Positions 52,534 to 62,460 of a DNA stretch of 64,000 bases are shown piece by piece. The stretch spans positions 1,328-65,327 of the forward strand of contig CAZAFV010000007.1 in NCBI GenBank assembly GCA_964484385.1, written 5' to 3'. The notes under the pieces are model-generated. The model made no database searches and was not told the origin of the DNA. It worked only from the letters and a program-made list of their open reading frames with translations. The stretch's first letter is position 1. Every line of letters begins with the position of its first letter. The position numbers and the translations under genes are program-made. This DNA comes from an uncultured Acidimicrobiales bacterium. Lineage in GTDB: Bacteria > Actinomycetota > Acidimicrobiia > Acidimicrobiales > Poriferisodalaceae.

Positions 52534-52570
52534 GGCTCCTCCTCGACGAGAACGCCGGGTTTGGCTGCGG

Positions 52571-54181
52571 CTAGGGGGCGTCCGCTGACGATTCCGATGC
52601 GAGAGAGTCTGCCAGCGCTTCGGCGTCGGCTTGCGCGCCGTCTGCCGTACGGGCGCTCACCGCCTCCAGCAGGCCGGCGATACGGGCTGGGCTGTGGGTG
52701 CGCTCGGGGGTCACACCGAATGCATGATGCGCCGGGATGAGGTCGCCGAAGGGGCTCACCACGTTGACGTTGTCGCCCCCGATGAGGCCCGGGTGCTCGA
52801 CGCCGCAGGCATCGGCCAGCCTGAACAGCTCCTTGCGCAACCCGATGACGTAGTTCGCGAGTCGCACGCTCTTGAGCGTGGGGTCGAGGCCACGAGAGAG
52901 CCAGTTGTTCTGCGTCGCCACGCCGGTGGGGCAATGGTCGGTGTGGCAGCGCTGCGCCTGGATGCAGCCGATCGCCATCATCGGCTCACGCGCCACACCG
53001 ATCATGTCGACGCCGATGTTGAACGCCAGCGCCGACGGGGCCGGAAAGCCGAGCTTGGCCGAGCCGATCATCACGATCTCGTCGGTCAGGCCAGCCTCGC
53101 CGAAGGCACGGTGCACGACCCCGAACGCCCGCCAGAACGGCAACGCCACGTGATCGGTGAACACCAGCGGCCCAGCACCCGTACCGCCCTCGGCACCGTC
53201 CACCGTCACGAAATCGGGCCCCCTGCGAGTCTCGGCCATGTGCTGGGCCAACTCGGTCCAGAACGCCTCCTGGCCTACCGCTGATTTGATGCCCACCGGC
53301 AAACCGGTCGCAGCGGCCACTTCCTCTACGAAGTTCACCAGCTCGGCGACGCTGCCGAATGCGGAATGGCGGCTGGGGCTCACTACGTCTTTGCCGACCG
53401 GGACGCCGCGCGCCTCTGCTATCTCGGGGCTCACCTTTGCCGCGGGCAGCAATCCCCCGACACCGGGCTTCGCCCCCTGGGACAGCTTCACTTCGATGGA
53501 GCGAACCGGCGCCCCCTCGACGGTTTCCAGCAGGCGGTCCATCGAGAACGTGCCGTCGGGGTTCCTGCACCCGAAGTAGCCGGTTCCCATCTGGAAGACC
53601 AGGTCGCCGCCGCTGCGGTGGTACTTCGAGATGCCGCCCTCGCCCGTGTTGTGCATGCAGCCGGCCATCTTCGCCCCACGGTTGAGCGCCTCGATCGCCG
53701 TGCCGGACAGCGAGCCGAAGCTCATTGCCGAGACGTTCACAATCGACGCCGGGCGGAACGCCTTGGCCCGGCCGCTCCACGCGCCCATGACCTTGCCGCA
53801 CGGCAGCGGGGCATCGGCTGGCACGGTGCGGCCCAGCGGGAACGGACTGTGACGGAACGTGATGTGACCGGGCTTGTCGATCTCGTCATCTGTGCCGAAG
53901 CCGAAGTACGTGTTCTGCTCTTTGGCTGTCGAGTACACCCAGCGTCGCTCGTCCCGGTTGAACGGACGCTCCTCCTCGTTGTGGGCGACGATGTACTGCC
54001 GCAGCTCGGGGCCGATCTTCTCCAGCAGGAATCGGAGATGGCCGATGACCGGGTACGTGCGCAGGATCGAGTGCCGCTTCTGAATGCTGTCGTGAATGAA
54101 CACGATCCCAAGAAAGGCCCCGATGCTGATCAACAACCACAGCCACCACGGCACGCACCCGAACCTACCGCGAGCCCGCAC
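52571..54181 (-). CDS. FMN-binding glutamate-synthase-family protein (GltB domain-2-like), membrane anchored
   Basis: 536 aa with an N-terminal TM helix. YPVIGHLRF..., ...ISAMSFGSLS... and ...GEGG...KLSQGAKPG.GG.LP... are patterns of the family. Confidence 0.85.
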   Translation of the reverse strand: MRARGRFGCVPWWLWLLISIGAFLGIVFIHDSIQKRHSILRTYPVIGHLRFLLEKIGPELRQYIVAHNEEERPFNRDERRWVYSTAKEQNTYFGFGTDDEIDKPGHITFRHSPFPLGRTVPADAPLPCGKVMGAWSGRAKAFRPASIVNVSAMSFGSLSGTAIEALNRGAKMAGCMHNTGEGGISKYHRSGGDLVFQMGTGYFGCRNPDGTFSMDRLLETVEGAPVRSIEVKLSQGAKPGVGGLLPAAKVSPEIAEARGVPVGKDVVSPSRHSAFGSVAELVNFVEEVAAATGLPVGIKSAVGQEAFWTELAQHMAETRRGPDFVTVDGAEGGTGAGPLVFTDHVALPFWRAFGVVHRAFGEAGLTDEIVMIGSAKLGFPAPSALAFNIGVDMIGVAREPMMAIGCIQAQRCHTDHCPTGVATQNNWLSRGLDPTLKSVRLANYVIGLRKELFRLADACGVEHPGLIGGDNVNVVSPFGDLIPAHHAFGVTPERTHSPARIAGLLEAVSARTADGAQADAEALADSLASESSADAP

Positions 54182-54287
54182 AACGCTTGAGCAGCGCCAT
54201 GGCGAACCTCTCCCGACGGCTCCGGGAACGACCGCTCGGCGCAGAGTTCATCGGGCCCCAGCCAGAACGGCTTCCTATGCTGGCCCG

Positions 54288-55382
54288 ATGGCAGCGGCAC
54301 CGGAGGGAACAGTGTCCCGACTGGCGCAGCCGACCGTGGGGACCCTGCCGCCGCTTGAGCCCGATGTGCTGGCGCTGCTGCCGGCTTCCGACGAGGCGCC
54401 GCGCTGCTCCGCGCACGCTGCCGGCATCGGCACAGACCCTGGCGGGACCGCCATCAGCGCCCAGGCGGTAGCGCTGGTCGAGACACCGCTGCCCTGGCCA
54501 AAGCCGGTCTTCGCCTCCGGCCTGCTCGAAGGGTTCAGACCGATGATCGATCTGGCGACGGGCCCGACGCGCGTCCTCGCCACGGTGCCGCCGGACGAGC
54601 GCACGAGGTCCGATCGGATTCCCGTTGTGCTCCATTCGCGCGCCGGTGCCGGGATCCACTCCGCGTACTTCGAAGCCGCCGACTCCGCCGGACTGCGCCA
54701 GCTCTTCGCACACCTGGAGCGCAAACTGCCATCCGATCCGATTCCAGACGGGCAGGGATTCGCATCGTTCGGCTGCACCGAAGACGAGCGGGCAGTGCTG
54801 ATCTGCACCCAGGGGAGCCACGACGTGTGCTGCGGCAGCGAGGGCACCCGCCTCGCAGCCGACTTCGAAGGAGTTCTGCGTGCGTACCGCCGCGCAGATG
54901 TCAACGAGCCCTATCCGGGCGCGCCGACAGCCAGCGGACGGATCTCCGTGTACCGGGTCAGCCACACCGGGGGGCATCGATTTGCCCCCACCGCAATGAC
55001 GCTGCCGGACGGCCGCATGTGGGCCGGCATCGAGGCCGGGGAGCTGGCCTCGATCTTGGACCGGACCGCAGACGTATCCGCCTTGGCGCCACGCTGTCGC
55101 GGCTGGTGGGGGGCTGCAACCGGGCCGGCCCAGGTGGGCGAACGGGCCGTGTTGGCCGAGATCGGGTGGTCGCTCGAATCGATCGCGCGTGAGGTGCGCT
55201 TCCGACGCACCCCTGACGCCTGGGCAGTCGACGTGATCGCAGCATCCGCGGGACGTTCCTGGACCGTGACAGTGCACGAAGGGCGGACTGTGCCGACCAT
55301 TGCGTGCCGTGCGATGGGCGGTTTGCCCGCCAAGCCGGCGACCGAGTTCATCGTTACCGACATTCAGGAGCAACGAAGATGA
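54288..55382 (+). CDS. sucrase/ferredoxin-like (thioredoxin-like [2Fe-2S]) family protein
   Basis: ATG at 54288. CTQGSHDVCCGSEG and ...SHTGGHRFAP... motifs are present. The upstream part of the listed ORF overlaps the neighbouring gene. Confidence 0.65.
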   Translation: MAAAPEGTVSRLAQPTVGTLPPLEPDVLALLPASDEAPRCSAHAAGIGTDPGGTAISAQAVALVETPLPWPKPVFASGLLEGFRPMIDLATGPTRVLATVPPDERTRSDRIPVVLHSRAGAGIHSAYFEAADSAGLRQLFAHLERKLPSDPIPDGQGFASFGCTEDERAVLICTQGSHDVCCGSEGTRLAADFEGVLRAYRRADVNEPYPGAPTASGRISVYRVSHTGGHRFAPTAMTLPDGRMWAGIEAGELASILDRTADVSALAPRCRGWWGAATGPAQVGERAVLAEIGWSLESIAREVRFRRTPDAWAVDVIAASAGRSWTVTVHEGRTVPTIACRAMGGLPAKPATEFIVTDIQEQRR

Positions 55383-56602
55383 CATCACCCCTCGAGGGCA
55401 TCCGCGTCACCGAGTTCGCCAACTTCGCGGCTGCGCCGTCCGCCGTGGCGATCATGGCCGACCTCGGTGCCGACGTGATCAAGGTGGAGGCCATCGGCGG
55501 CGATCCGATTCGCGGGCTGATGAAGCAGGCCAAAGTGCCCGAGGGCGTCCACAACCCTGACGTGGCGTTCCAGTTCATCAATCGGGGCAAGCAGTCGATC
55601 CAGTTGAACCTCGAAGATCCCGATGGCTCAGCGATCGCCCGTCGCCTCGTCGCTGCGTCAGATGTCGTCGTGATGAACCTGCTGCCCGAGCGCCGTGACC
55701 GGTTCGGTCTCAACACTGACGATCTGCTCGCGATGAAGCCCGACTTAGTGATCGGCTTGCTCTCGGGCTATGGCGAGGTCGGCGAGGAGATCGACCGGCC
55801 CGGCTATGACGTGACGGCGTTCTTTTCCCGGTCAGGCCTCTACGGCGCCTCGACGCCACCTGGCGGTGCCCCGCCGCATGCTCGACCCGGTCAGGGAGAC
55901 CACACCACGAGCCTGGCGTTCTTCGGCGCGATCATGTCCGGGCTGCGGGCCCGAGACGTGACCGGCGAGGGCCAGATCGTGGAGTCCTCGCTGCTGCGCA
56001 CAGCGACATGGACCATCGCCATCGACATGGCCACGTCGCTCGTGGACGGTCGCCCCAACACAGAACGGCCCCGCGAGAGCGGCCTGTCGCCGATGCTCGA
56101 AGCCTTCGAGTGCGCAGACGGGCGCTGGCTGCACTTCACGATGCCCGACACCGGTGATGCGTGGGAGCGCTTCTGCAAGGCCATCGAGCGGGAGGATCTG
56201 CTGTCCAACCCCGACTACCAGACCGGCCGGCAGCGCTTCAGGGCCATGCGCGCCCTGCTCGCTGACATCGACGACACGCTCAAGTCGCAGCCATCGGACT
56301 ACTGGATGCCCCGCCTCGACGAACACCGCTGCATCTGGGCGCCCATCAACGACACAGCCCAAGCAGCACAGGATCCGCAGGTGCGCGCTACCGGCGCGTT
56401 CGAGACCATCCACCATCCCGAGACCGGCGATTTCGAGACGGTTGCTGCGCCGTTCCGGATGCACAACTCGCCCGACGTGGGCGTGCGCGGACCGGCCCCG
56501 CGAGCCGGTGAGCACACCGCAGCGGTGCTGTCCGAGGTACTGGGGCTCGGCGATGACGAGATTGCGGACCTGACCGAGCGGGGCGTCGTCGCCTCGGACT
56601 GA
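55379..56602 (+). CDS. family III CoA-transferase (CaiB/BaiF)
   Basis: ATG 55379 overlaps the upstream stop (ATGA). GIRVTEFANFAAAPSAVAIMADLGADVIKVE is the family N-terminus. Confidence 0.85.
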   Translation: MTSPLEGIRVTEFANFAAAPSAVAIMADLGADVIKVEAIGGDPIRGLMKQAKVPEGVHNPDVAFQFINRGKQSIQLNLEDPDGSAIARRLVAASDVVVMNLLPERRDRFGLNTDDLLAMKPDLVIGLLSGYGEVGEEIDRPGYDVTAFFSRSGLYGASTPPGGAPPHARPGQGDHTTSLAFFGAIMSGLRARDVTGEGQIVESSLLRTATWTIAIDMATSLVDGRPNTERPRESGLSPMLEAFECADGRWLHFTMPDTGDAWERFCKAIEREDLLSNPDYQTGRQRFRAMRALLADIDDTLKSQPSDYWMPRLDEHRCIWAPINDTAQAAQDPQVRATGAFETIHHPETGDFETVAAPFRMHNSPDVGVRGPAPRAGEHTAAVLSEVLGLGDDEIADLTERGVVASD

Positions 56603-56658
56603 ACGTGCCGCGGTGCCTCGCCGGCCTTCGGCCGCCGAGGGAACCGCGCTGTCTCAGG

Positions 56659-57180
56659 TCAGACCCCGAGGCGTTCGATGATGTCTGCCGCTATGTCCCG
56701 TGGTGGACGGCCCGTTGTGCGGACTTGCTCGAACTGCCCGTAGCCAGCCGCCCGCTCGTCCAAGAGGCGAGCGACTGCGGCAGCCGGATCGTCGCCCGAG
56801 AGCAGCGGCCGCACAGGTCCATCGACATCGGCTCGCAAGCGGCGGATGATCTCATCCGTACTGGCGACGAGGCAGAAGACCCGACCTGCGACGGTCAGCG
56901 CATCGGCATTTGCCCGATCGAGCAGCATCCGGCCGCCGGTGGCGATGACGTGGTGCCGGCTGCGGGCAACTTCGGCAGCCACCTCCCGCTCAATTGCTCG
57001 GAAACCACTCTCGCCCTGCTCGGCAAAGATGGCGTCGATGGGCCCATGCCGGGCCACGATCACGTCATCGGTGTCCACGAACGCCCAGCCCAGCTCGCGC
57101 GCAATGAGCCGGCCCACGGTCGTCTTGCCCGTTCCCATGAAGCCGGTCAGCACCACGTTCTGATCGGAGGCTCGTGTCAC
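56659..57180 (-). CDS. aroK: shikimate kinase
   Basis: 173 aa. VVLTGFMGTGKTTVGRLIARELGWAFVDTDDVI carries the P-loop and shikimate-binding DTD. It is not next to other aro genes. Confidence 0.75.
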   Translation of the reverse strand: MTRASDQNVVLTGFMGTGKTTVGRLIARELGWAFVDTDDVIVARHGPIDAIFAEQGESGFRAIEREVAAEVARSRHHVIATGGRMLLDRANADALTVAGRVFCLVASTDEIIRRLRADVDGPVRPLLSGDDPAAAVARLLDERAAGYGQFEQVRTTGRPPRDIAADIIERLGV

Positions 57181-57331
57181 GGGTTCACGCTAGAGACGGT
57201 CGGCGCCATGGCGGCGACGCAGCGAAGCTCAACGCGAACATCGCGCAAACATCGGCCAACGATGCCGCGACATCGCTTGATCCCTCGCACGGCCGCCGCT
57301 TACCTACGACGCTGAGCCGGATGCCGCGCCG

Positions 57332-58069
57332 GTGCCGATGCGCGGTCGTAGCCCAGGAGCGCCCTTGTCCACCAACTCGACCCCGGACGGCACCGCGCCG
57401 CACAACTTCACTGCGGAAGATCACGAGATCGGCTTGCCGGAATTCACGACCGAGCAGCTGCTGCTGATCAAGCAGGGCGCGGCCAGGCTTCGCGACGAGT
57501 TCGAAGGCGTCTTCAACGCCGAGACCATCGAGCGCTACATGGTTGATTCGCGAACCAAGCTGAAGGCCGGTGCCCGGTTGCTGGACTGGCTGCCGCTGCT
57601 GATCGAGCGCTTCACGCGCGACCGGCTGCGTGCGCTCAAGCGGCTCGAGGTCGGATCGCTGGACGTGCCAGCGGTGCTGTTTCTGTGCACCCACAACGCC
57701 GGCCGGTCTCAGATGGCGGCAGGTTGGTTGCGGCACCTCGCCGGCAGCCGCGTCGACGTGTTCTCCGGCGGTTCGGATCCCGGGCTCGAGACCAACGCTG
57801 CCGTCATCGAGGCCATGGGCGAGATCGGCATTGACATCACCGGTGAGTACCCCAAGCCGTGGACCGATGAGATTGCCCGGGCCGCCGACGTCATCGTCAC
57901 GATGGGCTGCGGCGATGCCTGCCCCATCTTTGCGGGCAAGCGCTACGAAGACTGGGAACTCACCGACCCCGCCGGCCAGCCGATCGAGGTCGTACGCGGG
58001 GTACGCGACGACATCGGCCAACGTGTCGGCGCGCTGCTCGCAACGCTGAATATCCCTGCGGCGGCCTAG
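57332..58069 (+). CDS. arsC: LMW-PTP-type arsenate reductase with N-terminal helical extension
   Basis: CTHNAGRS (CX5R-S) loop and ...VTMGCGDACP.... The N-terminal extension of about 100 aa is as seen in actinobacterial ArsC proteins. The start codon is uncertain. Confidence 0.75.
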   Translation: MPMRGRSPGAPLSTNSTPDGTAPHNFTAEDHEIGLPEFTTEQLLLIKQGAARLRDEFEGVFNAETIERYMVDSRTKLKAGARLLDWLPLLIERFTRDRLRALKRLEVGSLDVPAVLFLCTHNAGRSQMAAGWLRHLAGSRVDVFSGGSDPGLETNAAVIEAMGEIGIDITGEYPKPWTDEIARAADVIVTMGCGDACPIFAGKRYEDWELTDPAGQPIEVVRGVRDDIGQRVGALLATLNIPAAA

Positions 58070-58099
58070 TCACTGCGCCAGGCGGCGCACGTCGCAGCG

Positions 58100-59698
58100 C
58101 TACGAGGCGACTGCAGTAGTCGAAGGGCCTTGCGGCTGCAGGCCGATCGGGAAGGCGTCGCGGACGGCGGCGTCGATGGCGGGGCTGATGTGCGACGGCC
58201 AGTGGCTCTCGAGCGTGGCCACCACATGGTCGTGGGCCACATCGTGCGCGGCCCGGCTGCCCGCCTCGGTCCAGTCCTCGGGAGTGTCCCGGTTGGACAC
58301 CAGCGGGTAGAGGTACTCGGTTTCCATGAGCTCGAGTGTCTGCGGCGAGCCCAGGAAGTGGCCCGGCCCGGCGATGACCTCGCCGATGAGCTCAGCCGAC
58401 AAGGTGTCAGGGTTCACCTCGATGCCGCGCACCGTGCGGTTGATGGCACCGAGCATGTCGTTGTCGATCACCAGCGCCTCGTGCGAGCACGCCAGCAGGC
58501 TCGCCAGCATCCCCGCCGACTCATAGACGATGTTCGCTCCCGCATGGCCGGCCAGCCCTACGTTCAGGCCCTTCTCATAGCCGGCCTGGGCGTCGTTCAC
58601 CTTGGAGTCGGTCATTCCCGCCGCCACGCCGGTGGGCAGCCCGAGCCAGTGGCCCACTTCGGCCGCTGCGGCATTGAGGATTCCCTCCTCGCCCGATCCC
58701 CCGCTCATGGCACCGGTGCGCAGGTCGGACACGAACGGCCACAAGCCCAGCAGGCAGGGATGGCCCGGCGACAGCAGGTTCACGAAGGTCAACCCCCCGA
58801 GACACTCGGCCACCGCCTGCGCCAGAGCGCCAGCGAGCGCCGCAGGCGCAGTGGCACCGGCCTGCAGCGCCGACAGCAGGTTGATAGGCATGCCCGTTAT
58901 CACCTGCGCGAAGAGGCATATCGCAGAGTCGTATTCAAAGCGCAGCGGTGGCACGACGAACGTGTTGTTCGCCGCGATGAACGGGCGCTTCGCGAACTCG
59001 CCCTCGCCTCCCAGCACGAGGTCGAACATCTCGACCGACTCGTACACCCACTCGGGCTCGAACCACGACGATCCGCCCGGCTTGGTGGTGCTGCACATCA
59101 CTGCGTACGCAGTGGTCATGTCGAGGTCACGGGTCTCGACCATGTCGCGTGCCACCACCGTGCGCACGTAGAAGTGCAGGTTGTCGAGCGTGTCGACCAA
59201 GCGGCCGCAGTCGTACACGTCCTGCGCGAGCGAATCGCGGAACGTGCCGGTCTCGTGGTCGTACATCATCACCGCAGCGCCGGACGTGCCGAAATAGACA
59301 TGCTCGCCGCCCACGTGCACCGACTGATCGTCGTCGAAGCCGTGCCAGATCCACTCCTTGGCCGCCGTCTCGATGGCGCGTTCCACGACACCGCGAGGCA
59401 GGTGAATGCGTCCGTTGTCGTCGACCCACCCGCCCACAGGCGTCGCCGCCTCGACGAACTCGTCGAGGGGATCGCCCATGCCGACGTCTTCGAGCAGCCC
59501 GAGTGCGGTGTCGTACACCTGCTGCATGTCGCTCTCGGTCAGCGGTTTGAATCGACCCGCGGGCAGGCCGGGGCGAACTGGCCTGCGATCGCGCTCAGGT
59601 GCTGCTTCGCGGACGGCGATGCGGCCGGCGCGGCCGCCGCCGCGGCGCCGGCGGGGTGCCTCAGCAGTCTCGGGTGACGGTGCAGCCGTGTCAGACAT
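58100..59698 (-). CDS. MttB-superfamily methyltransferase, non-pyrrolysine (glycine-betaine-type candidate)
   Basis: 532-aa uninterrupted ORF with no in-frame TAG. It has the MttB family layout (...LTESDMQQVYDTALGLLEDVGM...). It lies next to a dimethylglycine-dehydrogenase-like gene. Confidence 0.8.
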   Translation of the reverse strand: MSDTAAPSPETAEAPRRRRGGGRAGRIAVREAAPERDRRPVRPGLPAGRFKPLTESDMQQVYDTALGLLEDVGMGDPLDEFVEAATPVGGWVDDNGRIHLPRGVVERAIETAAKEWIWHGFDDDQSVHVGGEHVYFGTSGAAVMMYDHETGTFRDSLAQDVYDCGRLVDTLDNLHFYVRTVVARDMVETRDLDMTTAYAVMCSTTKPGGSSWFEPEWVYESVEMFDLVLGGEGEFAKRPFIAANNTFVVPPLRFEYDSAICLFAQVITGMPINLLSALQAGATAPAALAGALAQAVAECLGGLTFVNLLSPGHPCLLGLWPFVSDLRTGAMSGGSGEEGILNAAAAEVGHWLGLPTGVAAGMTDSKVNDAQAGYEKGLNVGLAGHAGANIVYESAGMLASLLACSHEALVIDNDMLGAINRTVRGIEVNPDTLSAELIGEVIAGPGHFLGSPQTLELMETEYLYPLVSNRDTPEDWTEAGSRAAHDVAHDHVVATLESHWPSHISPAIDAAVRDAFPIGLQPQGPSTTAVAS

Positions 59699-59800
59699 CT
59701 CCTGCCGGCACCTCCTGGGGCAATCTGTGTTGTGAGTGGCGGTGTACGCCGGGTCCTTGTGGTTCAGGGTCAGCGATGCGACAGCGCAGCCATGTCGGGT

Positions 59801-62311
59801 TCAGGCGCGCAGCGCCGCATTGCGTGGGTCGTAGGCCGCTTCGGCGAGCACTGTCGCGGTGCGCCGTTCGCCGAGCAGGTCAAGCTCGAAGGTGCTGCCG
59901 GGGGCTTCGAACCCGGGGTCGACGTACACGAAGGCCAAGCTGCGGCCCACGGTGTGTCCCCAGGCACCGCTCGTGCCGATGCCCATGGGCTCGTCGCTGC
60001 CCGGCGCAAAGGCCGGCTCGTTGCCGCGGACGTCGTTGCCCATCGGGCCCATCTCGGTGTCCACCTCGCAGTACACGAGCACCATGGACAACGGCTCGCC
60101 CTGCTGCTCAGATTCCCGGCGAGCCTGTGCCGCGTCACGACCGAGGAAGGGACGGCTGTAGTCCACGAAGCGCCCGAGTCGGGCCTCAACCGGCGTGATC
60201 TCGGTGGTCAGCTCGCTGCCCCATGCCTTGTAGGCCTTCTCGATGCGCATGACGTTCATGGCGTAGCTGCCGAAGTGCACCAGGCCGTGGGGCTCGCCGG
60301 CTTCGGCGACCGCGTCATACACGCGGGCCAGTTCGCCCATCGGGCAGTGCAGCTCCCAGCCCAGTTCGCCGACGTAGGACACCCGCAGCGCGATGACGGG
60401 CACGCCTGCCACCGAGATCTCCTGGGCAGTCAGCCAGCTGAATGCGTCGTTGCTGAGGTCGGCGTCGGTCACCGGCGACAGCACGTCACGTGCACGCGGG
60501 CCGGTCACCCCCAAGATGGCGGTGCTGTCGGTGGCGTCGCGCACACTCACCTGCTCGTCGGCCTCGACGTGATCGCGCAGCCAGTCCAAGTCGTGGCTCT
60601 GGCCCATGATCGCGGAGGCCAGCCAGAACCGGTCCGGCGCCAGCCGTGCAATGGTCATCTCGCACTCGATGCCGCCCAGCTCGGTGAGCATGTGGGTCAG
60701 GCGGATGCCGCCGTCGCGCCCGGGCAGGCGGTTGGCCGACAGCCGATCCAGCAGGGCGGCCGCATCGGGCCCGGTCACCTCGAACTTGGCGAAGGCGCTG
60801 AGGTCGGCCACTCCGACGCGCTCGCGAACGCCGCGCACCTCGGCGCCGACGATGTCATGCGCGTTGGAGCGACGGAACGAGTGCGCTTCAGGCGTGCCGC
60901 CGGGCGAAAAGTACTGGGGGCGCTCCCACCCGTAGATCTCCTGCCACTGCGCGCCCAGCGCGTCGAAGCGGCCCCATAGCGGCGTGGTTTTGACCGGCCT
61001 GCCAGCGGCTCGCTGCTCCCCCGGCAGCCGCACTTGGTACATCTCGTGGTACTCGTCGAGCGCCTTCTCCAGCGCGAACTGCGACTTGGGGCCGGTGTGG
61101 TCGCCGAAGCGGCGCGGATCCATGGCGCGCACGTTGATCTCGGTCTGGCCGTGAACCATCCACTGCGCCAGGAACTTCCCGGCACCCGGGCCTTGGGTGA
61201 TGCCGATGGATGCCCCGTTGCAGTGCCAGTAGTTGCGCACCCCCGGTGCGGGCCCCATGAGATAGCCCGAGTCGGGGGTGTGGGTGATCGGTCCCGACAC
61301 AACTTGCTTGATGCCCGCGTCGGACAGCACGCCGATGCGCTGCTCGGCGAAGCCAAGGCACTCTTCGAGCACGTCGAGGTTCTCTCCGGGCAGGTGGAAG
61401 TGCAGGTCCCAGTCGATGCCGTCGACGCCGTAGGACCGGGAGCCAGACATCTCGTACGGCCCGATGAGCAGGCCGTCGATCTCTTGGCGGTAGTAGCAGG
61501 AGGCGCGGGGATCGCGCACCACTGGCAGCTCGAAATCGAGGGCTTCGACTTCGGGCACGGTCTCGGTCACCAAGTACTGGTGGATGACCGACACGATCGG
61601 AACGTCGAGCCCGATCATGGCGCCGAGCTGGGGTGCGTAGTGCCCGGCGGCATTCACGACGTGCTCGCAGTGGATGGTGTCCTGCTCGTCGCGGCCGTTC
61701 GAACCGTTGCGGCGGCGGGCCGGATCGGCACCGCCGCGCACGATCGTGACATCCCAGCTGCCGTCGGGGCGCTGGGACATGCCGGTCACCAGCGTGTGGC
61801 GCATGATGCGGCAGCCGAGGTCGCGGGCACCCTTGGCCATGGCGTTCGTGCAGCTCGACGGATCGGTCCAGCCGTCATGGGGCGTGTAGAAACCGAGTCG
61901 CACGTCGTCGAGATCGGTCAGCAGCGGGTGCCGTTCGGCAATCTCAGCAGGCCCGATCAGGTGCGACTCCACGCCGATCTGGGTGAGCATGGCGTGGACG
62001 TAGTGGTGCCAGTCGGCCTCGTCGGCCGTGCGCGCCAGCCGGATGGCGCCGCAGCCGTGCCAGCCCGCTGACAGTCCTGTCTCGGCTTCGAGGCGCGGGT
62101 AGAGCGCCACCGCCTCCTGGTGCACCTTGGCCATGTTGAGATCGCCGATGAAGTTCGGGATCAGGCCGGCCGCGTGCCAGGTGGACCCAGAGGTCAGCTC
62201 GCCTTTCTCGACCAGGATCGTGTCGGTCCAGCCTTCGTGCGCGAGGGCATACAGCAGGCCGGCCCCCATCGCGCCGCCGCCGATGATGACGCATTGCGCT
62301 TGTTCAGGCAT
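59801..62311 (-). CDS. FAD-dependent oxidoreductase fused to GcvT-like aminomethyltransferase domain (dimethylglycine/sarcosine dehydrogenase-like)
   Basis: 836 aa with the N-terminal dinucleotide fold VIIGGGAMGAGLLYALA and a C-terminal folate-binding GcvT-type domain. Confidence 0.85.
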   Translation of the reverse strand: MPEQAQCVIIGGGAMGAGLLYALAHEGWTDTILVEKGELTSGSTWHAAGLIPNFIGDLNMAKVHQEAVALYPRLEAETGLSAGWHGCGAIRLARTADEADWHHYVHAMLTQIGVESHLIGPAEIAERHPLLTDLDDVRLGFYTPHDGWTDPSSCTNAMAKGARDLGCRIMRHTLVTGMSQRPDGSWDVTIVRGGADPARRRNGSNGRDEQDTIHCEHVVNAAGHYAPQLGAMIGLDVPIVSVIHQYLVTETVPEVEALDFELPVVRDPRASCYYRQEIDGLLIGPYEMSGSRSYGVDGIDWDLHFHLPGENLDVLEECLGFAEQRIGVLSDAGIKQVVSGPITHTPDSGYLMGPAPGVRNYWHCNGASIGITQGPGAGKFLAQWMVHGQTEINVRAMDPRRFGDHTGPKSQFALEKALDEYHEMYQVRLPGEQRAAGRPVKTTPLWGRFDALGAQWQEIYGWERPQYFSPGGTPEAHSFRRSNAHDIVGAEVRGVRERVGVADLSAFAKFEVTGPDAAALLDRLSANRLPGRDGGIRLTHMLTELGGIECEMTIARLAPDRFWLASAIMGQSHDLDWLRDHVEADEQVSVRDATDSTAILGVTGPRARDVLSPVTDADLSNDAFSWLTAQEISVAGVPVIALRVSYVGELGWELHCPMGELARVYDAVAEAGEPHGLVHFGSYAMNVMRIEKAYKAWGSELTTEITPVEARLGRFVDYSRPFLGRDAAQARRESEQQGEPLSMVLVYCEVDTEMGPMGNDVRGNEPAFAPGSDEPMGIGTSGAWGHTVGRSLAFVYVDPGFEAPGSTFELDLLGERRTATVLAEAAYDPRNAALRA

Positions 62312-62460
62312 GCTCAGCGATGCCGGGCCTGCTCAGACATACACAGGTCCCCATTTGTCCGGGCCAAAGGTGAGCCGAACCCCCCGGTTCGGGCCCCGTG
62401 GCATGCCGACGTGGTGCGCGCAAATTACCACCGCTCCGCGCACCACTGCGCGCATTCTCG

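Noticed and set aside
58100-59698. Pyrrolysine (in-frame TAG) in the MttB homologue, and selenocysteine (in-frame TGA) in the two molybdoenzymes.
   Set aside because: All three ORFs are uninterrupted from start to stop, so there is no recoding signal.
62375-62392. Hairpin CCGAACC-CCCC-GGTTCGG between the DUF4143 ATPase gene and the dimethylglycine-dehydrogenase-like gene, considered as a terminator on the minus strand.
   Set aside because: The stem is only 7 bp and the following T-run is poor (ctcaccttt). It is plausible but not supportable without transcript data.
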